DNA of 64,000 nt from Leptospirales bacterium (GTDB lineage: Bacteria; Spirochaetota; Leptospiria; Turneriellales; JAOUFE01), in assembly GCA_040326155.1 (NCBI GenBank), contig JBEQLE010000002.1, positions 32,001-96,000 of the forward strand, in the 5' to 3' direction. Position numbers and translations under genes: made by a program. The notes under the pieces were generated by a model. That model did not search any database, was not told where the DNA came from, and saw only the letters and a program-made list of their open reading frames with translations. Positions 40,514 through 50,259 of this stretch are shown piece after piece; the stretch's first letter is position 1; the number at the start of each line of letters is the position of its first letter.

Positions 40514-41473
40514 ATGCTAATATCTGATCCCTTAGACGAATCTTTTGATAAAAAAGCAACCAGAGACGGTTATGGGGCGGCTCTGCTTGAAGTTGGTAAA
40601 AACCAACCAAAGGTGGTTGTACTTGAGGCCGACCTTTCCGGGTCTACTAAAACAGGGATGTTTGCAAAACAGTTTCCCGATCGTTTTTATAACTTTGGCG
40701 TAGCCGAGCAAAATATGGTAGGTCATGCTGCCGGTCTTTCCAGAACCGGTTTAATTCCTTTCGCATCTTCTTTTGCCATGTTTTTAACCGGAAGAGCATG
40801 GGAAGTCGTTCGAAATTCCATTGCATACCCGGCAGAAAATGTAAAGCTGGTAGCGACACATGCTGGAATTACTCTTGGTGAAGACGGAGCAAGCCACCAG
40901 ATTATCGAAGATATAGCCATCATGCGAGTTATTCCCGGCATGACAGTTATTGTACCGGCTGACTTTTCACAGGCATATGCAGCGGTAGTAGCTGCGGCCG
41001 AATTTGAAGGTCCGGTCTATATTCGACTGGGAAGACCAGGTATCCCCGTAATCTATGACCAAAACGAGAAGTATGAAATTGGCAAAGGCCATGTTGTACA
41101 AGAAGGAAAAGATGTCGCTTTTGTAGCTACAGGAATTATGGTTTACGAAGCCTGGAAAGCCGCCAGAATACTCGAGAAAGAAAAAGGTATTCGTCCACAC
41201 GTAATTAATATATCCAGTATAAAACCGCTTGATGTCGATTTGCTAAAGAAAGTCGCAGGACAGGTTGATCGCATGTTCACTTTTGAAGAGCACAATATTA
41301 TCGGGGGGCTGGGTTCTGCAGTAACCGAAGCCTTAAGCGGTGAAAGAAATTTAAGTATAACAAGAATAGGCATCGACGATACATTCGGGCAATCGGGAAC
41401 CGTATCTGCATTAATGGACCATTACGGTTTAACCGCAGAAAAATTAGTGGAAAGAATCGTAAAAGAGATTTAA
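40514..41473 (+). CDS. Transketolase, C-terminal (pyrimidine-binding) subunit
   Basis: ATRDGYG, GVAEQNM, GEDGASHQ and EEHNIIGGLGSAV. Confidence 0.93.
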   Translation: MLISDPLDESFDKKATRDGYGAALLEVGKNQPKVVVLEADLSGSTKTGMFAKQFPDRFYNFGVAEQNMVGHAAGLSRTGLIPFASSFAMFLTGRAWEVVRNSIAYPAENVKLVATHAGITLGEDGASHQIIEDIAIMRVIPGMTVIVPADFSQAYAAVVAAAEFEGPVYIRLGRPGIPVIYDQNEKYEIGKGHVVQEGKDVAFVATGIMVYEAWKAARILEKEKGIRPHVINISSIKPLDVDLLKKVAGQVDRMFTFEEHNIIGGLGSAVTEALSGERNLSITRIGIDDTFGQSGTVSALMDHYGLTAEKLVERIVKEI

Positions 41474-41477
41474 TCTT

Positions 41478-43667
41478 ATGAAGATTCGCTTCAACGTAGA
41501 GGCAATTCAAAGCTTACTCGAAAGCAATTTTCGCAAATATTCAAACCTGTTGCTAAAAACGCTGCTGCGATTTCGGGCGTTACTTATTGGACTTGTGTTG
41601 GTAGCTGGATTATTGAGTGTTCCTGAAATCGTCGTAAAAGTCTTTCAACGTGATCATATAAAAAATCAAATAGAGGAATTTATAAACCAGATGCCGCTTG
41701 CCGTATCCTACGATGGCATAGCTTTTGGGGCGTATAACGGTATCGAGCTATACAATTTAAGAATATCTTCAGAAACTGATTTCAGTCGAGAAAAAGTTCT
41801 ACTTCAAACTCCGGTTTTACGTCTCGGCTTTAGTCTTATAGACCTGGTGTTCCATCGAAAATGGACGATCGATAAAGTGGAAATTGACAGAGGTACGGTC
41901 GAACTACAAAGAGAAGAAAACGGAGAAAACCGAGAGCTTCTAAATCGTTTTGTGGAGCTTATTCAAAAAGAAGATTCACCCGTTATTATTTTTTCAAATT
42001 CTAAATTTATATATAAAAACACCTATGGTGAAAATAATTTCACCTGGAAATTCCGCAGAATTAACGGAACTATAGAATCGAATGCAAAGTCCATCTTTGT
42101 AAATTTGAATCTGGCTGATCGCGTCTGGGGAGACGGAGATTTTGAATATCGTTCCGCTACTTGTGAGAATTGCGAAGCGGGCCATGGAAATTACAAAATA
42201 AGTTTTTCAGACCTTCCGTTAGATCGATTGCATGATATCTTTTCAGAATATATTTTTAAAGGCGGGGAAGCTGAGGGCAAGCTGGAAGTGGTTTATCTGC
42301 CCGACAATGAAAAAATTATCGACGTTACCGGTGACGTAACCCTGGAAGAAGTAAAGCTGAAACGTGGCGAAGAATATTTTTTGGAATGCTCTCTGGCAAA
42401 ATTGCACGGGGGATTTAATACCGACATAAAAGAGTGGAATTTATATTTTAACGGAATTTGGGACGAATCAGCAATCGATTTCAAATTTGCCAAAAACCCA
42501 AAATCAAAATGGCCAAATATATTTCGTCTGGACCTGACACCTGCCATAGATAGTCAGTTATATTTTCCATATGGATATGTAGTCGATGGTTTAAATAAAT
42601 TAACCATAGATATTCAAAAAGTGGAAGGCCGACCGGATAATTTTGTAATTCATGAAGGCCGTTTAATATGGAAAAAAGGTTCTTTTCAAAGTTTAAACTA
42701 TACACCGTTGCAATTCAATATACGCGAGGCTGATGTTTCCATAAAAGAAAATGAATTTGCTGCGAAGGCAACTCTTGTAAAAAACCAGTCTGATGTCACC
42801 TTCTCCATGCACGGCTCCATAGAAACGTATTTGAAAAATGCTATTATATCTAATTACCGATATGGTAGAGCCGATAAAAGATCTGTAATCAGGACTATTC
42901 TTGCATTTAAAACCGATACGGAGGGGGCTATTACCAGTGAAAATTTATCCTGGAATGACCTGTCAGAGTATTACGATACATTCACAAAGCAGTGGCATCA
43001 ATCTTTAATTACGGGTATGGCCCAGGGGTGGCGTGCGCCGATTATGCATGACCGAGAATGGTTTCACAAGTATATATATTCAACAAATATAAATTTTACA
43101 CTTGATCTGAAAAATGTAATATATGGGGAAAAATTGGGTGTTCCCTTGTCAGGAAAAATGTATATACAAAAACAGATTTTTCAGTTCGATGTAAGTGACG
43201 CCGAGAAAGAGAATAAAATATATGTTCGATGGAACGCAACTCAAAAGTATCCTTTTTTAAGCGGCTCTTTTCGTTTCACCTTTTCAGAATTGAGTCCATT
43301 TTCAAACCTATGGATTCCCAAAGAACTTTTCAACTCCTACGACAGCGCTACTTATAAATACACATTTACCAGCATGGGCGAAAGAGCCGTAGACTATGTA
43401 AGAACCCACAGAGGTGAGGGCGATTTTTCTTTGTTTAAAGTTGTATTGTCGCCAACTCTACCCGGTTTGTCCGATAAAAAAATGCCTCTCACCTGGGACG
43501 AACTGAGCGGGGACTTTAAAAGAACCGGTTCGAAAGCATGGCTGTATGGCATCACCGCAGAAAGTTCCTCATACAAGGCTTCGGCTCGCGGTTCCTGGGC
43601 CCATTCGTTGGAAAACTCCGTATGGGAATTTTCACCCCTTTTCAAGAAAATAAAACCTGAAATTTGA
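41478..43667 (+). CDS. AsmA-like membrane-anchored beta-rich protein
   Basis: N-terminal TM anchor, AsmA-like start (GIELYNLRIS...WTIDKVEI) and a long beta-rich body. Confidence 0.55.
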   Translation: MKIRFNVEAIQSLLESNFRKYSNLLLKTLLRFRALLIGLVLVAGLLSVPEIVVKVFQRDHIKNQIEEFINQMPLAVSYDGIAFGAYNGIELYNLRISSETDFSREKVLLQTPVLRLGFSLIDLVFHRKWTIDKVEIDRGTVELQREENGENRELLNRFVELIQKEDSPVIIFSNSKFIYKNTYGENNFTWKFRRINGTIESNAKSIFVNLNLADRVWGDGDFEYRSATCENCEAGHGNYKISFSDLPLDRLHDIFSEYIFKGGEAEGKLEVVYLPDNEKIIDVTGDVTLEEVKLKRGEEYFLECSLAKLHGGFNTDIKEWNLYFNGIWDESAIDFKFAKNPKSKWPNIFRLDLTPAIDSQLYFPYGYVVDGLNKLTIDIQKVEGRPDNFVIHEGRLIWKKGSFQSLNYTPLQFNIREADVSIKENEFAAKATLVKNQSDVTFSMHGSIETYLKNAIISNYRYGRADKRSVIRTILAFKTDTEGAITSENLSWNDLSEYYDTFTKQWHQSLITGMAQGWRAPIMHDREWFHKYIYSTNINFTLDLKNVIYGEKLGVPLSGKMYIQKQIFQFDVSDAEKENKIYVRWNATQKYPFLSGSFRFTFSELSPFSNLWIPKELFNSYDSATYKYTFTSMGERAVDYVRTHRGEGDFSLFKVVLSPTLPGLSDKKMPLTWDELSGDFKRTGSKAWLYGITAESSSYKASARGSWAHSLENSVWEFSPLFKKIKPEI

Positions 43668-43729
43668 GTCGCAGAAAGTTTCGTAAAAAATATTAAAACT
43701 ATCAAGTCTATTATGCAATTATAGAATAA

Positions 43730-44701
43730 TTATGGAATAATAAAACTGGAGATTTCCTCAATACCATAAAGGGCCATTAAAACTCTTTCCAGGCCAAGAG
43801 CCATACCGCAGGCATCAAGGCTCGATGTTAATTCTACCAGAGTTTCATCAACCGGATGTGGGTCTTTCCCCATACTTTTTCGTATATCGTTATTTTCATT
43901 CCATAACTCTACAAGTTCTTTCGGGCTGTTCATCTCTTGGTAACCGTTGGCAATTTCAATACCGTTCAAAATGGCTTCCATGCGTAGAGCCTTACCGGTC
44001 GTATCCAGTTTCGCCATACCTCGAACGCATTGTGGAAACTCGTGTACAAACAAAATACCGTTAAACTCCAGAGAGGCTTTTTCAAGAGCGTAATCATACA
44101 AAAGTGAAAAGAGCTCCACCTCTTCCATTCTTTGCTGCACCGTCACAGGGTTTTCCCGTTTGTCGTCTGTTTTAGCAGCTGAAAACCGGATGCTCTCAAT
44201 GGTGTTGGCCAGTTCCTTGTAATGTTTCGAATTCCATTCGAAGTTTGTTTGTGCAGGAAATACTTTTTTAAAAAGAGCCTCTACAGTAAGAATTTTCGAG
44301 ACGGGTATTTTCGCCCGGTCTGGTGAAAGTTTTGCAATAATGTTTTCTACATCGTTTCTAAGTTCGACATACTCGGTTCCATTTCGGTACCACTCCACCA
44401 TGGTAAATTCATGAGAGTGTAAACTAGAAAGAGGCTCGTTGCGAAAAGCGTGAGCAATTTCGAAAATTCCCGGTGTTTTACCATAAACAAGAGCAAGCTG
44501 TTTTTTAAGTGAAAACTCAGGTGAGGTGGGTAAAACGTAACCGAATTCCGGCAGTGAAAATGAATCGAGAAAAGGTTCCAACGCTCCCGACTTTACAAAA
44601 ACCGGCGTAAAAACTTCTTTCAGACCACCACTCGCAAAATAGTCCCGAATCATCTGAGCGGAACTATTTTTTAATTGAAATGGCGCTTGATCGCTCTCCA
44701 T
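43730..44701 (-). CDS. epmA: EF-P lysine aminoacylase (class II LysRS paralog, catalytic domain only)
   Basis: EVFTP, LPTSPEFSLKK, FRNE...HSHEFTMVEWY, GIEIANGYQE and GMALGLERVLM. No anticodon-binding domain. Confidence 0.88.
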   Translation of the reverse strand: MESDQAPFQLKNSSAQMIRDYFASGGLKEVFTPVFVKSGALEPFLDSFSLPEFGYVLPTSPEFSLKKQLALVYGKTPGIFEIAHAFRNEPLSSLHSHEFTMVEWYRNGTEYVELRNDVENIIAKLSPDRAKIPVSKILTVEALFKKVFPAQTNFEWNSKHYKELANTIESIRFSAAKTDDKRENPVTVQQRMEEVELFSLLYDYALEKASLEFNGILFVHEFPQCVRGMAKLDTTGKALRMEAILNGIEIANGYQEMNSPKELVELWNENNDIRKSMGKDPHPVDETLVELTSSLDACGMALGLERVLMALYGIEEISSFIIP

Positions 44702-44710
44702 AAGTGAAAT

Positions 44711-44784
44711 TGGGCCCACCAGGATTCGAACCTGGGACCCACGGATTATGAGTCCGTTGCTCTAACCAGCTGAGCTATAGGCCC
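44711..44784 (-). tRNA. tRNA with CAT anticodon, probably tRNA-Ile2 (lysidine)
   Basis: GGGCCTATAGCTCAGCTGGTTAGAGCAACGGACTCATAATCCGTGGGTCCCAGGTTCGAATCCTGGTGGGCCCA. The acceptor stem has C4/C5 as in Ile2. CCA is not encoded. Confidence 0.92.
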
Positions 44785-44843
44785 GGAATACGTCAGTACA
44801 AGAATAAAAAACACAGTGTCAATAATTTTGGGAAAAGTTTTAA

Positions 44844-44936
44844 ACAAAAGAGAACACTAATAAAAAGCTGGCTGGCCACGAGCCGGGAATGATCAACCAA
44901 AATCAATGGAGAATATGTTTTGTATGGAACCTATGA
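44844..44936 (+). pseudogene. HigB toxin remnant
   Basis: An alternate frame reads KKLAG...INQNQWRICFVW, resembling the HigB C-terminal (S)IRINDQWRICFxW signature. Confidence 0.7.
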
Positions 44937-45169
44937 AAATTACGGCATATCGCCTTGCAAAAGAAACACGATTAGACCAGACAAGAATTAGTGAGATAAT
45001 TCATGCGAAAAGAAGTATTACTGTAGATACAGCGCTTAGATTTTCGAAATATTTTGGTACATCACCGGAATTTTGGCTGAACCTGCAAGTTCATTATGAT
45101 ATGGAAGAAAAGATAAAGAATATCAAAAATGAACTTGAATTGATTACGCCAATGCAAATAGTAAATTAG
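44924..45169 (+). CDS. higA: HigA-family antitoxin (HTH), N-terminally truncated
   Basis: ITAYRLAK...RISEII...ITVDTALRFSKYFGTSPEFWLNLQ. The usual N-terminal HPGE segment is absent. Confidence 0.8.
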   Translation: MEPMKITAYRLAKETRLDQTRISEIIHAKRSITVDTALRFSKYFGTSPEFWLNLQVHYDMEEKIKNIKNELELITPMQIVN

Positions 45170-45262
45170 TAAAGTACGATCTCGAATAATATACGGTCGC
45201 ATTTGATAAAAAAGAAGATAAGTTTTTATGGTGTGCTTTGGGCGCTAATGCTAAATATCTAA

Positions 45263-46354
45263 TTACTGGAGATGGCGATCTTTTTGCGGCATCTCTTTTA
45301 TAAATATATCGTGTTTACTATATGGTATCTCTATGCCTTCTGCATTAAAACGTTTATAAATGGTGGTATTCAGAATGTCTGAAATACTACCACGAACTTC
45401 GGGATTTTCTACCCAGCAAAGTAAATCTATATCTAAACTCGAGGCACCGAAAGAACGAAAACGTGTTTTTGGTTCCGGATTATCACAGACAAGGGGCTCA
45501 TCTATGGCGATCTCCATAAGTATCTTTTTTACATGATCGATGTCAGATCCATATGCTACCCCGAGACTGACTCGAAGTCGATATTTTTCATACGGACCAC
45601 CGGACTCATTGATGATGCGGGTATTTCCCATAATTGCATTGGGTATGGTAATTTCTACATCTTCACGAGTTAACAGACGTGTACTGCGAATTCCAATATG
45701 GGTAACCTTGCCGCGTTCTCCGCCATCAAGTACAACATAGTCACCAATTTGATACGGTGCGTCGGCAAGAATAAACACACCTGAAAAAAGATTCGCCAGG
45801 GTATCTTTTGCTGCAAAACCAACGGCGATACCTATAACACCGGCTGAGGCAAGCCAGGCCGTCATATCAATATCCCAGAATTTGAATATTATATAAACGG
45901 CAACTATAAGCACCAGTATAAAACCAAGGTTTTCAAACAAAGGACGTGTCTGTACACGAACCATGGAATATTTGTGAGACGATTGACTCATGGCCCTCAA
46001 CACAATGCGAATAAGCTGTATTAAAAATGTTGTCCAGATAATTATCAGCACAGTAATAATTATAGATTTAAATAAATTATTCGTAGCTTCCAACAAATCC
46101 CAGGGTATTCTTGTCAACCACAAACTCAGTAGCATCAGACTCAGGATGATCGGTTTGTGAAGAGCCGTTACAATTTGATCATCCCACTCTACGCGTGTTC
46201 TCTTCGCAAATCGCCCTATTACCTTTACAAGAATTAAAGTGACAATCTTCGCAACGACGAAAGATGATAACAAAATAATAACTGTGATGATAATCGGATA
46301 ATCGGCAAAGATACCCTCGTCTAGATGTAGTTTTGATAATATATTTTTAAGCAT
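45263..46354 (-). CDS. mscS: Small-conductance mechanosensitive channel family protein
   Basis: GIAVGFAAKDTLANLFSG, PYQIGDYV, IGIRST, IPNA and GIEIPY. Confidence 0.92.
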   Translation of the reverse strand: MLKNILSKLHLDEGIFADYPIIITVIILLSSFVVAKIVTLILVKVIGRFAKRTRVEWDDQIVTALHKPIILSLMLLSLWLTRIPWDLLEATNNLFKSIIITVLIIIWTTFLIQLIRIVLRAMSQSSHKYSMVRVQTRPLFENLGFILVLIVAVYIIFKFWDIDMTAWLASAGVIGIAVGFAAKDTLANLFSGVFILADAPYQIGDYVVLDGGERGKVTHIGIRSTRLLTREDVEITIPNAIMGNTRIINESGGPYEKYRLRVSLGVAYGSDIDHVKKILMEIAIDEPLVCDNPEPKTRFRSFGASSLDIDLLCWVENPEVRGSISDILNTTIYKRFNAEGIEIPYSKHDIFIKEMPQKDRHLQ

Positions 46355-46509
46355 ACTGAGTTTAAACGATAATTAAACCTCTCGCTTTGGCAACCAAAAA
46401 CTGAAATCGAGAACATCTAAGTCTAAGAAAAAATAAGAACTGTGGTAGCAAAGGAAATTCTTAATTTATATTTTGCTACTCTTTGTATTGAAAAATAGTT
46501 CATGTTTTA

Positions 46510-46529
46510 ATTTCATATGCATATGAAAT
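46510..46529. promoter_or_regulatory. Perfect 20-bp palindrome
   Basis: ATTTCATATGCATATGAAAT, between the DGC stop and the mscS start. Confidence 0.5.
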
Positions 46530-46623
46530 AAGAAAATTCCCAAACCGCAAGGATGCGAAACACGAGCACACCCACTATGTCAAGTAACTGCTGAAATTTG
46601 TTAAATGCAGTTGCTAATAGAAA

Positions 46624-47931
46624 CTATACAGTATCGGAGGATCGTTTTAACATTGATTTGTTAAAAAAACTGAAATGACTATTTTTTTCAACTTTAGATG
46701 CATACATTGCTAAATCAGCCATTTTTAACAGTTGATCTGAATTCTTACTATCGTCAGGAGCAATTGCTACTCCAATACTCAGAGATATTGGAATATGACC
46801 CCCTTGAAAAGGTACTGGTTTTTCAATAGATTTCATTATTTTAGAAACAATCCTTTCTAAATCTTTAGAATTTAGAAAGCTATTAATTAAAATTAAAAAC
46901 TCATCACCACCTATTCGATAAATTTTATCATCATTACGAATTGATTCATTCAGTCGTTTGGCAGTTTCAATTAAAATATAATCACCAGCGTCATGTCCCA
47001 TTGTATCGTTCAAATCCTTAAATTTATTTAAATCAATAAATAAAAGAGCTGTTTTGATGTTTTTGCTCATAGAAGAGTTAATAGAATCTTGAACATCTTG
47101 AAAAAGGGTTGTCCTGTTCAACAATCCCGTTAGTTCATCATGATGAGCTTTATAAGATAAAATTTCAGTTCGTTCATGTACTTTTTGATTCATTTTAAAG
47201 AAGCTAGATAGTAAATAACCCATTTCATCACGAGAAGTAATATCTTCAATTAGAACCTCTTCCCCTTTATCCATTTTTTGAGTACTGTGCAAAAGACGGT
47301 TTAATGGATCAAACAAGTTATTCTTTAAAAATAAAACTGTTATTACTGCTAATATAAGAAATACTGCAAATTCAACAAACATTAAAGTTGTTAACCTGGA
47401 CCTGACCGCTTTTAGATCACCATTTCTTTTTTCCAATAAAATCTTTTCATGATGAATAAATTCCTCCAGAATGTTCCGAATGTCATCCATATATTTTTTC
47501 CCTATGCCACGTTTTACAATTCTAAGAGCATCCTGATACTCTCCTATTTCCCTTAAATGTATTGTTTTTTTTAACTCCTTAAACTTTAAGGTCATGAACT
47601 TTTCTACTTCTATCAATCTGTTTTGCTGATCAAGATTGTCAATAGTCATTTCCTTGAGTGCATTAAAGCTTTTTTTTGATTTAGTGAAACCTGTATGAAA
47701 AGGTTCTAAATAAGAAGCATCGCTTGTTAATAAAAAGCCTCTTTGACCAGTCTCTGCATCTTTTAGCGAACTGAGAAGAATTTCTACTTCGCTTATTACA
47801 TGATGTGTATGTACCACCCAGTATAAATTTTTGTCACTATGATTTTCTAATCGGAATGTAAACAAGGCATTGACTATTACTGTAAAGAACAATGCACTAA
47901 CCAATAATGTTAATTTTAAACGTATACTCAT
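46624..47931 (-). CDS. Diguanylate cyclase (TM-CHASE3-TM-HAMP-GGDEF)
   Basis: DAETGQRGFLLT (CHASE3), DEMGYL (HAMP), HDELTGLLNR and an intact GGDEF. Confidence 0.93.
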   Translation of the reverse strand: MSIRLKLTLLVSALFFTVIVNALFTFRLENHSDKNLYWVVHTHHVISEVEILLSSLKDAETGQRGFLLTSDASYLEPFHTGFTKSKKSFNALKEMTIDNLDQQNRLIEVEKFMTLKFKELKKTIHLREIGEYQDALRIVKRGIGKKYMDDIRNILEEFIHHEKILLEKRNGDLKAVRSRLTTLMFVEFAVFLILAVITVLFLKNNLFDPLNRLLHSTQKMDKGEEVLIEDITSRDEMGYLLSSFFKMNQKVHERTEILSYKAHHDELTGLLNRTTLFQDVQDSINSSMSKNIKTALLFIDLNKFKDLNDTMGHDAGDYILIETAKRLNESIRNDDKIYRIGGDEFLILINSFLNSKDLERIVSKIMKSIEKPVPFQGGHIPISLSIGVAIAPDDSKNSDQLLKMADLAMYASKVEKNSHFSFFNKSMLKRSSDTV

Positions 47932-47936
47932 AAGAA

Positions 47937-47977
47937 CCTTGTATACAAGGATGATCTAAGTAGATCAAGGGTGTCAA
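47937..47977 (-). promoter_or_regulatory. DGC upstream region with two palindromes and a TTGACA box
   Basis: CCTTGTATACAAGG (47937-47950), TGATCTA-AG-TAGATCA (47952-47967) and TTGACA on the minus strand (47972-47977). Confidence 0.5.
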
Positions 47978-48015
47978 ATATTTTATTTAATGATTAAGCC
48001 TCGGCTGGGAAACTT

Positions 48016-50250
48016 TCAACGAACTTCAAACTTTATGGTTTTGACCTTGTCATTGTTTTTATAAATAGACAACCGATGAGCGCCGGGCTTTAGACTATAG
48101 TTTAAATCTACTCTTTCACGGTAGCCGACACGATCCCCATTATCCATCTGGTAAAAGTAACCCACCTTGGTTTGTTGCAAAATTTCAACCGGGACTGTCT
48201 GAAATTCTAACGGGGAATGGGGGTCAATATAAAACACTTCCCCTTCGACAGGCGAGGCAACCAGACGATTCAGGCCGGCGGTTTGCGGTGCATTTCGAAG
48301 GTCGTGAAACCCGTTACATGTTTCGACGAAGTTCGAATCTTTACCAATATATTCCTCGACCACCGGACAATGTTGCCCCGCTTTATGACCGCTCAGGCGA
48401 CAAAAGTCGGCCTTTATCCATTTCGGCGAATAGTGAAATTTATGGTCAGTCGAGGGATGAAGCAACCGCATCACCTGTTGAAAAATTCTTCCCGCCCCAT
48501 ACATACCCGAAACTTTTTTCATGGGGTCGCCCGAAAAGTTTCCGACCCAGACGCCTACTATATATTCCGAAGTGTAGCCAACCGTCCAGGAGTCGCGGTA
48601 ATCTTTGGAAGTGCCTGTTTTGGCCGCAGTCTCAAAGGGAAAGTCGAGAAAACTGACTCCCCCGAAACCCTTTCTACGAGTATTTGCATCCGAAAGAATA
48701 TGGGTAATTTGCAAGGCTGTTTTTTCTGTAAAAATTTTTGACCGTTGGCCGTAAGTGAAAATGTTACCCTGGTTGTCTTTGCCAAGTTCAAGCGGTAATA
48801 GTTCCCCGTTATTTACAAAAACCGTGTACGCGCGACTTAAATCGATCAGAGTTACACCCATAGTTCCAAGAGCCATGCCCGGTCCAATTTCGTCAGGACT
48901 CAAATCAAACGGTCCCATACCAAGCTTTTGTAGTAACAGATAAAAATCAGACTCACCAATCATTTTTAAGAGTATAATGGCCGGAATATTTCGCGATGTG
49001 GCTAATGCTTCGCGAAGCGTTAGCCGCCCCCAAAAATTCAGATCGTAGTTTCTGGGACGGTATGTTTCTCCCCGGTTGGCAGTCTTAAAACTAAAATCTG
49101 AATCGTCAATTAACGAGTAAGGGGCCAGCTCAAATTTTTCCATAGCCTGCCCGTATATAAACGGTTTTAAAGTGCTGCCACCATTACGAACAGCCAGCGC
49201 TCCGTTCACCTGTCCAGCTTCCGGGTCACGATAATTGTTTGACCCGATAAAAGCGCGCAAATACGCTTTTTTGTTTTTGCCGTTATCATCGATTTTGAAA
49301 ACAACAACGGCGGCGTTGGCCACCGAAAACAGTTGCATTGCTTTTAACTCACTTGTAACAATGTTCGAAACGTCTCGATTTAACTCGGAAGAAATATTTG
49401 TATTTATAACTCTCGTTCCCGTTTTTGCTCTTGTGTGAATCCATTCAACAAAATGGGGAGCCTTGTGCCCGCCAAAAGGTTCCCCATTGTCTGCGGTTTC
49501 CGGGTTAACCCGTTCGGGTTCACTGAAAATTATTTCACAAATGACGTCCAGAGACTCTTCGTTAAATTTGTCGGTTTTGTCAATTTGTTCGAGCGCTTCT
49601 TCTTCTGATTGTACTTCATGCAGATCGTTAAAAAGACGTTTAAACCTCTGTCTGAAAATATTTTCGTTGACCCTGCTTTGCCGAATTAAAACTGCCAGAG
49701 CAATACTTTCATATTCGCTTAAAAGCGAAGGTTCTTTTTTGAACACATTACGAGAAGCGGAACTAAAACCCAGTCTGTTATTGCCAAGCGGAACCCGGTT
49801 TAAATAAGCTTCCAGAATTTCTTTTTTTGAATAATGAAGCTCAATGCGAAAAGAGAGAATTATTTCATTTAGTTTTCGTAGCCACGCATTCTCCGGCATT
49901 GATTTTGCATATGCAATACGTACAAGTTGTTGCGTAATTGTCGACCCCCCGGAAACAATTCTGCCAGCCGTTACATTCTGAACCATAGCTCGTAAAATAG
50001 CAATCGGGTCAAAACCGGAATGAATAAAAAAACGCCGATCTTCCGCTTTTAGAACCGCCGCAACAAGTGAATCAGGGTATAGTTCATAATCTAACCAATC
50101 GCTGTAGGCTCCAAAAACAGGATCTCGAAAAACACGAAGCTCGTTGCCTTCGACGGATAGAATTTTTAAAGAACCCGACCCTTGCAACTTCTCTACAGGA
50201 ATCGGATTCAGAAAATAGACTGCAAGAGCCAGAGCCAATAACCAGTTCAT
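48016..50250 (-). CDS. pbpC: Penicillin-binding protein 1C
   Basis: Transglycosylase motifs EDRRF and GGSTITQQ; transpeptidase motifs STLK, SRN and KTG. Directly downstream of alpha-2-macroglobulin. Confidence 0.92.
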   Translation of the reverse strand: MNWLLALALAVYFLNPIPVEKLQGSGSLKILSVEGNELRVFRDPVFGAYSDWLDYELYPDSLVAAVLKAEDRRFFIHSGFDPIAILRAMVQNVTAGRIVSGGSTITQQLVRIAYAKSMPENAWLRKLNEIILSFRIELHYSKKEILEAYLNRVPLGNNRLGFSSASRNVFKKEPSLLSEYESIALAVLIRQSRVNENIFRQRFKRLFNDLHEVQSEEEALEQIDKTDKFNEESLDVICEIIFSEPERVNPETADNGEPFGGHKAPHFVEWIHTRAKTGTRVINTNISSELNRDVSNIVTSELKAMQLFSVANAAVVVFKIDDNGKNKKAYLRAFIGSNNYRDPEAGQVNGALAVRNGGSTLKPFIYGQAMEKFELAPYSLIDDSDFSFKTANRGETYRPRNYDLNFWGRLTLREALATSRNIPAIILLKMIGESDFYLLLQKLGMGPFDLSPDEIGPGMALGTMGVTLIDLSRAYTVFVNNGELLPLELGKDNQGNIFTYGQRSKIFTEKTALQITHILSDANTRRKGFGGVSFLDFPFETAAKTGTSKDYRDSWTVGYTSEYIVGVWVGNFSGDPMKKVSGMYGAGRIFQQVMRLLHPSTDHKFHYSPKWIKADFCRLSGHKAGQHCPVVEEYIGKDSNFVETCNGFHDLRNAPQTAGLNRLVASPVEGEVFYIDPHSPLEFQTVPVEILQQTKVGYFYQMDNGDRVGYRERVDLNYSLKPGAHRLSIYKNNDKVKTIKFEVR

Positions 50251-50259
50251 GAAAGGTCC

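Noticed and set aside
40514..41473. Transketolase C-terminal subunit without an adjacent N-terminal subunit
   Set aside because: Split, unlinked transketolase subunits are common and not novel.
44702..44719. ORF-track start of epmA
   Set aside because: It begins inside the tRNA gene.
46535..46600. Resemblance to a c-di-GMP-I riboswitch (CAAACCGCAAGGATGCGAAA...CTATGTCAAGTAACTGCTGAA)
   Set aside because: The stems are too short or do not pair, and on this strand it points at the 3' end of a convergent gene. An Infernal/Rfam scan would settle it.
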